From positions 1-18,525 of the IMG/VR virus record IMGVR_UViG_3300015615_001160: 18,525 nt of DNA, one strand, 5' to 3'. Source of the DNA: a virus (Duplodnaviria > Heunggongvirae > Uroviricota > Caudoviricetes). Positions 17,501 through 18,525 of the stretch are shown in pieces (position 1 is the stretch's first letter; each line of letters starts with the position of its first letter). The position numbers and the translations under genes were made by a program. Under the pieces are notes generated by a model. It was not told the DNA's origin and searched no databases. It saw nothing but the letters and a program-made list of their open reading frames with translations.

Positions 17501-18525
17501 CACCCAGGCGGCGAACATCGCGCCCGGTACCTACATCCAGGAAGTGGTCAACGGCACCACGGTGATCCTGAGCCAGGCGGCCATCGCCACGAACAGCGGC
17601 CTTACCTTCGTCGGCGGGTCGAGCAATGTGATCATCAATTCGCAGATCACCGACAACGGCAATAACGTCGCGCTCGTGAAGTCGGGCGCCGGCAACCTGA
17701 ACCTGACTGCCAACAACGACTACTCGGGCGGCACAGTGGTTTCCCAAGGCACCTTGAACCTCATGGGTTCGGGCGTGGTCATCCCGGCGGGCGGCCTCGT
17801 CATCAACGGCGGCGTGCAGGGCACGGGTGCCGCGGTGACGCTGTTTAAGAACGCTGGCCAGATCGACGACAGTAACGACGTGACCATCAATGGCCGCGGT
17901 CTCCTCACCTTCGTCGGCAACAACACGCTGAGCAGCCTGACCTTCAACAACCTCGGCGGCGACGGCGCCCCGGTGGTGACGCAGCAGACCAACACCACCG
18001 GCAAGCTCACGCTGACGAGCGCGAACGCGATCACGGTGACGTCCAGCAACGCGGGCATCGTCCCGGTCATCAGCACGTCTTCGCTGGCCCTCCCGGCTGG
18101 CTCGGTCGACTTCAGCATCGGCGCGATCAAGGTTGGAGGCACGATCCTCACCGATCTGGTTCCGTCGCTGAATATCGCCGCGAGCATCAGCGGCGCGGGG
18201 ACGAGCATCACGAAGTCGAGTGACGGCCTGCTCCAGGTCGCCCCGTCGGCGGTCTTCCTCAACGGCGCGACCACGGTCGGCAGCACGACCCTTGCCCTCC
18301 CGTCCACCGACGGACTCCTCGTCGGCCAGAGCGTCACCGGCGCGAACATCCCCGCCGGCACGGTCATTCAGTCGATCGTGGACGGCACGACCGTCGTGCT
18401 CAGCCAGGCGGCGACGGGCACGGCCACCGGCACCACCGTCACCGCCACGGGTAGCACGTTCACGGGCGGCATGAGCGTCAGCGGCGGCGGCCTCGTCCTC
18501 GGTGGCAGCACGAACGTCTCCACCC
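5541..18525 (+). CDS. Giant secreted beta-helical adhesin-like protein with autotransporter-associated beta-strand (PATR-type) repeats; 3' partial, at least 4328 aa
   Basis: ATG at 5541. Reading this frame by hand gave no stop to the window end, and the track shows no stop-terminated + ORF in this frame while the antisense shadows keep one register. Signal peptide MRKLTRPSRK...LFLPKIANA|AV. G/T/N/A/S-rich, with about 20 repeats of type LTKxGxGTLxLxGxNxYxGxTxVNxGTL (e.g. LIKTGAGTLVLSGANSYSGATTVNGGIL near 9120, LVKSGAGNLNLTANNDYSGGTVVSQGTL near 17675), matching PF12951/TIGR02601. The C-terminal anchor (beta-barrel or PEP-CTERM) lies outside the window. Confidence 0.93.
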   Translation, partial: MRKLTRPSRKNARRHARRFSRRLQSKRLMPSLILTGAISLFLPKIANAAVLIWDQDTVGINNIGAFTGATGGGAGIGGAGTWNTTGAQWWSGPSLTNSLANTTWNNAGNDTAIFGGPTAGTVTLGTGITVGGLQFNTTGYTISAATNALTLGPSATFTLNNVAAATITGAVGGTGSNLTVSGGVLGGAVTGGTLTFNGTATGGWTGTTTINNGMTVNLSESSRVLANTSSLTLNGGALTLTNANPTEAAFDRVNNGAGITSNGGAINFTNTAASTISYAETLGSVALTSGRLSITNTNNNTSPSTQILTLGGLTRTGGANTSVVNFAGTGLGATAQSRIIITGQAAADIGPWATYNGTDFATYNATNGVQAVTTTTLASTSNSATTNYIAPATLSVSTGTNPSYKTLQMNTAARTLNITGNTVSVGGIVASGGSHLVNIGATGTVRALTSGAPLYIFVNANQLSLNAIVADNAAPGGLVFSGGTSGAGTLVLGNATNSFGGGVTINSGVLSIAADNRLGNVNNDIAFNGTGTLAITAASTLPASREVFVNNGAIGIINVTTGTSTINGVVSGTGGIQSLANVLVLGGVNTYTGPTILTAGTLQAGSAQAFGVNSAVSITAGTLSLNSLSNSIGSLQGAGAVGLGNATLTVGGNNESTSYSGVIGTASTAGSLTKIGNGILTFTSGTGHIYTGATNINGGFLGISNTTHLGPVATPLNIGGSGGGLQFAPNTTVNALDITAGRTININATLTIDTNNTVQSFANPIGGGGAGGIIKAGNGVLYLSGTNDFSGATSVTNGTLVLRNSAALGTSPSATVTANGALTLQSGIALPATTSLTLSGNGAAAFQSGALVNASGNNTVSGALTLNAPATISVDNGTLVLDSTTPVAATDHTLTLAGSGSGTLGAALATGAGGLTKTGPGTWTLNAGSTSTNTGAVTINGGTLVVNLANSPTGVLNSVSDLAINGSALTIIGASGVGSSQSLGNLSLGPGVDAVINIDPIDSTTTNLTLGTTWTRAAGSTLHINYLPGTGVASMTTSGPVSGSGGPTGSNGVLGYATLTDAAGVTRMARIDGGNNLAHFDSSSATDLADNSDDAAIDYTSLNSGALLNWSNGISNRSVNSLIVDTANGAQTINMGAAGNKLTITSGAIQFLGADNGTLTGGQVGADDSEVIVHQNGAGTFTIGSLLSSGTGSLIKTGAGTLVLSGANSYSGATTVNGGILRAGSSTAFGVNSAATVAAGGTLDIGGFNVAVRSLNAAGDVALTNGGTLSVGGAYSIGNTQGVLGRSTISGLISGTGNLSVNGGTTLTLTNNSNSFSGQTNVNHGTLVISNMGQLGTGSAPLVVGGQASLGGLPNGQLIVQGGASGITTDRDLTIQGRGPNTIGNALVSIGNNTFNGIVTTGTFTETRITSAAGTLTFGSDSVVNIGQNTGMNDSFLAVNAGNIVIDGFITGGFFGTATAAPNRSFRKAGGVIASSLILTNNNNNFVGDFYLDGGNLRLSHGGQLGQSVGASTSVLRGTGGTYEIRTDAPTSFANRNVSTQDGNQNFFVDRAATGAGGFGVVQADGSGVLGYASAAGNVTFGNLVFGTTGGNLTRSLTFTGRNGYGISFSGSTGTFPQLLTLTNNLSGGLLTLNTSITFGEGTTRTLTIGGAADTLLTGYILSAGSGSHSFTKTGAGTLVMTGENTSTASASTYTASTNVNDGTLRLTGSINSILSGLNGALQLNNGAFDYRGAGESTAKVLNQSGTTGNAIVLANGTGALEFTSAVAAGQTGAKTLFLGGASTDANTIGGVIIGDGAVAKVGAGTWLYEPAAATYSTVQNPTMASGGGANGRTFVVSSAAGIVIGSRVTGAGAPTGSVVTGISGNTITISNAIGTTMTTGGTLTFAANANFTGNVTVAGGTLRISPTATSGNGSDVINNTSQLIFNTDTLTANGSAGGTFEYRGLTGAPTEVLGNLTPTAGHGVVKIDANGAASPTLNFASLVARGAGATVNFQPASVGGIQFATVPTTASNGMLSGYAYITDPTTGAIDYVATPAINTNIAALGAATALPTTGATGTINYVNTGALTTTTAQAVNSLRIVGNGQTITLGGGLTVTSTSANVLGGILHDNATGGATIAGANIAPSTNNQEIVIITGGASLTPDIDALTISSLIGGTGTAVLSPLTKAGKGTLILAGTSTRTGLFTINEGVVQLSGSGQLSGANAPLTIRQNGTLDINGIPTGTSIGTLNGAGTITNSGGSAQITVGNGTTAGTTGVFSGIMQNGAGQLNLRLTNASTTGTTLLALTGLNTFTGATTIENTAAGTVVLDANLLGNIGQPSSIGAGDATDDVTNAASLIFNGTGTGLAVLRYTGASSQIYQTTQSPTVLTNRLFTLNGNGAIDSSPGYGAEQITALANNNAALVFTNTGDIVLGPGTKTLTLQGVSTSDNEIRIRLTDVPGSTLNLTKAAAGLWNLNPATANDYEGFTLISGGQLQAVEDVNVNGGVVGISTGSNLRLAGGVFQSLGAQTFDRGIGLGPGLVAWTGAAGTEASQSGGFAGGTGKLTVNFGGTGSTVSFGQPSGLGSGIGNGTGTLILNSGTALSEVEIVNGLNLNGALRTIQVDDNATATTDFATISGVITGIGGLNRTGAGTLYLTGANDYSGPTTLGGGNTFVSSIGGGSTATSAFGDGSGALNLGANANLFYTGLGENVQRQINITGTPVRLDSSGSGPLIINSLINAAAGAKTLIIGGSYSGDNELKANLADSGGAFTLTKDGGSTWIISGANTYAGNTNVNSGFLAIPTTSVGTGINPLGTGTLVFSNGGIIAMNSGGLTVTQPVQVQNDASAVFSGANSIALTNNFTLQGNSINVSNAIASPGTLTISGLIQQGAAQTTVRAITFLGTGNTILSGIIGGSAANTANLTPTFNTSGTVTITGGSPNVFASGFNITQGTIFANKVGALGTGTGTFTFAGGILNAGVPFTGTNSILNPLIDLTATGAAAFAGSNSIELAGVVRNNNADRTLFNNISSGTLHIGQFQLSQDTNPRSFTLMGSGNTTLGGQIVNGSTLTTGASNFTYRGNGSLTFGAGATTAATFATTSGSASVTTGSTTGLTVGMTVTGTGIPAGAFVSRILSANSFLLSANTTATNATNNLGFNGGSFFTGALNVQSGTVSSIDGGSIGAVGTLSVSPTATFNFDNSTVPTNPAAVNFNTTSGNTTVTTGSTVGLTPGMTVTGAGIPARAVVTQVRDGTSFVISVAPTATTAATPLSFAFNRLGGRPVTLAHAAFNVTGNTLARSEIGGNLTINSGLSTIDIDPNGGAGVSLELGTFALGTGGAVDFTGTLGTAANKITFTAAPALLPANTGIIARGLVNGNDFATYNNTGLTTNTNGVQAFAAYNNTTLPSATTSGNTTVTVTSTAGLTPGMAVYGPGIPAGATVATIISSGLFTLSAAPTTTAAAGILTYGTGTLADINLTSGGDTLHIDSGYGADDINGNRTINALKLTDATDRELGITGGQNGQLTLTSGGLIVQGGDHSITVPRIGLGAEAGLHVASGSSLDIAGSIVSAQSVTKTQGGALTFSAPQYFSGTLTLSGGTTTLDGGHNTIFNSEASSTILTVNAGAVLDLNGTNAFVRTLSGGVAPGTGGTIQNGGSASTLTVRMAADGIWAGGINGPISFVRTGGSTLTMMNANAYDGATALFGGVTTLRDNATLLNTPSLAINYGTLTIDNNAGNAIDIANRINDAAPISMRGGIITFQSRVNNFSTETLGALSLLEGANRVTSTNSVTGAYGTADLTFASFSRAGTGTTINFTGSNLGGIGSVARIMFTDPAGLNVNAGYVLPVWAVANNSDYAGYNATTGVGALNSSGFVGYDAGYMAGGSPQGFGPGKITNVFQGAQNGTLTLSAVTTETGRLRLAGAFQSSIAFTDEDNTLVLQDGGLLRSDTNAASVIGTTDIRGKLTTGTSNPELIVYNNNVGTTNFAGGATTQGSATITMTSTTGLVPGMIITQAANIAPGTYIQEVVNGTTVILSQAAIATNSGLTFVGGSSNVIINSQITDNGNNVALVKSGAGNLNLTANNDYSGGTVVSQGTLNLMGSGVVIPAGGLVINGGVQGTGAAVTLFKNAGQIDDSNDVTINGRGLLTFVGNNTLSSLTFNNLGGDGAPVVTQQTNTTGKLTLTSANAITVTSSNAGIVPVISTSSLALPAGSVDFSIGAIKVGGTILTDLVPSLNIAASISGAGTSITKSSDGLLQVAPSAVFLNGATTVGSTTLALPSTDGLLVGQSVTGANIPAGTVIQSIVDGTTVVLSQAATGTATGTTVTATGSTFTGGMSVSGGGLVLGGSTNVST
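5571..5594 (+). repeat. 12-nt tandem duplication in the signal-peptide n-region
   Basis: AACGCACGTCGC CACGCACGTCGC (11/12 identical), encoding NARR-HARR and followed by degenerate FSRR. Confidence 0.7.
10971..11204 (+). repeat. Inserted domain copy 1 (divergent), splitting a PATR repeat
   Basis: KVGAGTWLYE [..RTFVVSSAAGIVIGSRVTGAGAPTGSVVTGISGNTITISNA..LTF] ..NANFTGNVTVAGGTL. Confidence 0.7.
13481..13489 (+). repeat. G9 homopolymer inside the adhesin CDS (currently in frame)
   Basis: TTG GGG GGG GGC (Leu-Gly-Gly-Gly). This is the longest mononucleotide run I saw in the gene, which otherwise uses mostly GGC/GGT for Gly. Confidence 0.9.
14745..14945 (+). repeat. Inserted domain copy 2, splitting a PATR repeat
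   Basis: FTYRGNGSLTFGAG [..TTSGSASVTTGSTTGLTVGMTVTGTGIPAGAFVSRILSANSFLLS..LGF] NGGSFFTGALNVQSGTV. Confidence 0.8.
15096..15293 (+). repeat. Inserted domain copy 3, in the DN..NR loop
   Basis: FNFDNSTVPTNP [..TTSGNTTVTTGSTVGLTPGMTVTGAGIPARAVVTQVRDGTSFVIS..LSFA] FNRLGG. Confidence 0.8.
15678..15872 (+). repeat. Inserted domain copy 4, after the DFATY..GVQA motif
   Basis: NGVQAFAAYNN [..TTSGNTTVTVTSTAGLTPGMAVYGPGIPAGATVATIISSGLFTLS..LTY] GTGTL. Confidence 0.8.
17412..17612 (+). repeat. Inserted domain copy 5, in the ELIV..IINSQI loop
   Basis: ELIVYNNNVG [..TTQGSATITMTSTTGLVPGMIITQAANIAPGTYIQEVVNGTTVILS..LTFV] GGSSNVIINSQITDNG. Confidence 0.8.
18246..18449 (+). repeat. Inserted domain copy 6, splitting a PATR repeat
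   Basis: ITKSSDGLLQVAP [..TTVGSTTLALPSTDGLLVGQSVTGANIPAGTVIQSIVDGTTVVLS..] GSTFTGGMSVSGGGLVL. Confidence 0.8.

Noticed and set aside
5541-18525. DGR, CRISPR, intein or IS signatures
   Set aside because: No reverse transcriptase, transposase, cas gene, regular repeat-spacer array, adenine-specific TR/VR pair or intein terminal motifs were seen.

Overview
High-GC bacterial window, probably Verrucomicrobiota or a related PVC lineage (inferred from gene style and repeat type, not database-checked). It holds four supportable CDSs: an ~8-TM membrane protein (1-915, -), a small secreted beta-rich protein (1194-1703, +), clpB (2043-4619, -) and a giant secreted beta-helical adhesin-like protein (5541 to beyond 18525, +, at least 4328 aa). 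The ORF track omits the giant gene, probably because it has no stop inside the window, and most ORFs listed beyond 5.5 kb are its shadows. The giant protein has about 20 autotransporter-associated (PATR-type) repeats and two kinds of higher-order module. It also carries six copies of a ~65-78 aa domain (core STxGLxxGMxVTGxxIPxG) inserted into four different kinds of loop, three of them splitting a PATR repeat. Other features of the gene are an in-frame G9 tract, codon-usage patches suggesting mosaic assembly, and a long Arg-rich signal peptide. A REPIN-like inverted doublet and a second REP-like double hairpin lie between the convergent genes. The 921-bp clpB/adhesin spacer contains operator-like repeats, an orphan intrinsic terminator and a possible structured RNA.
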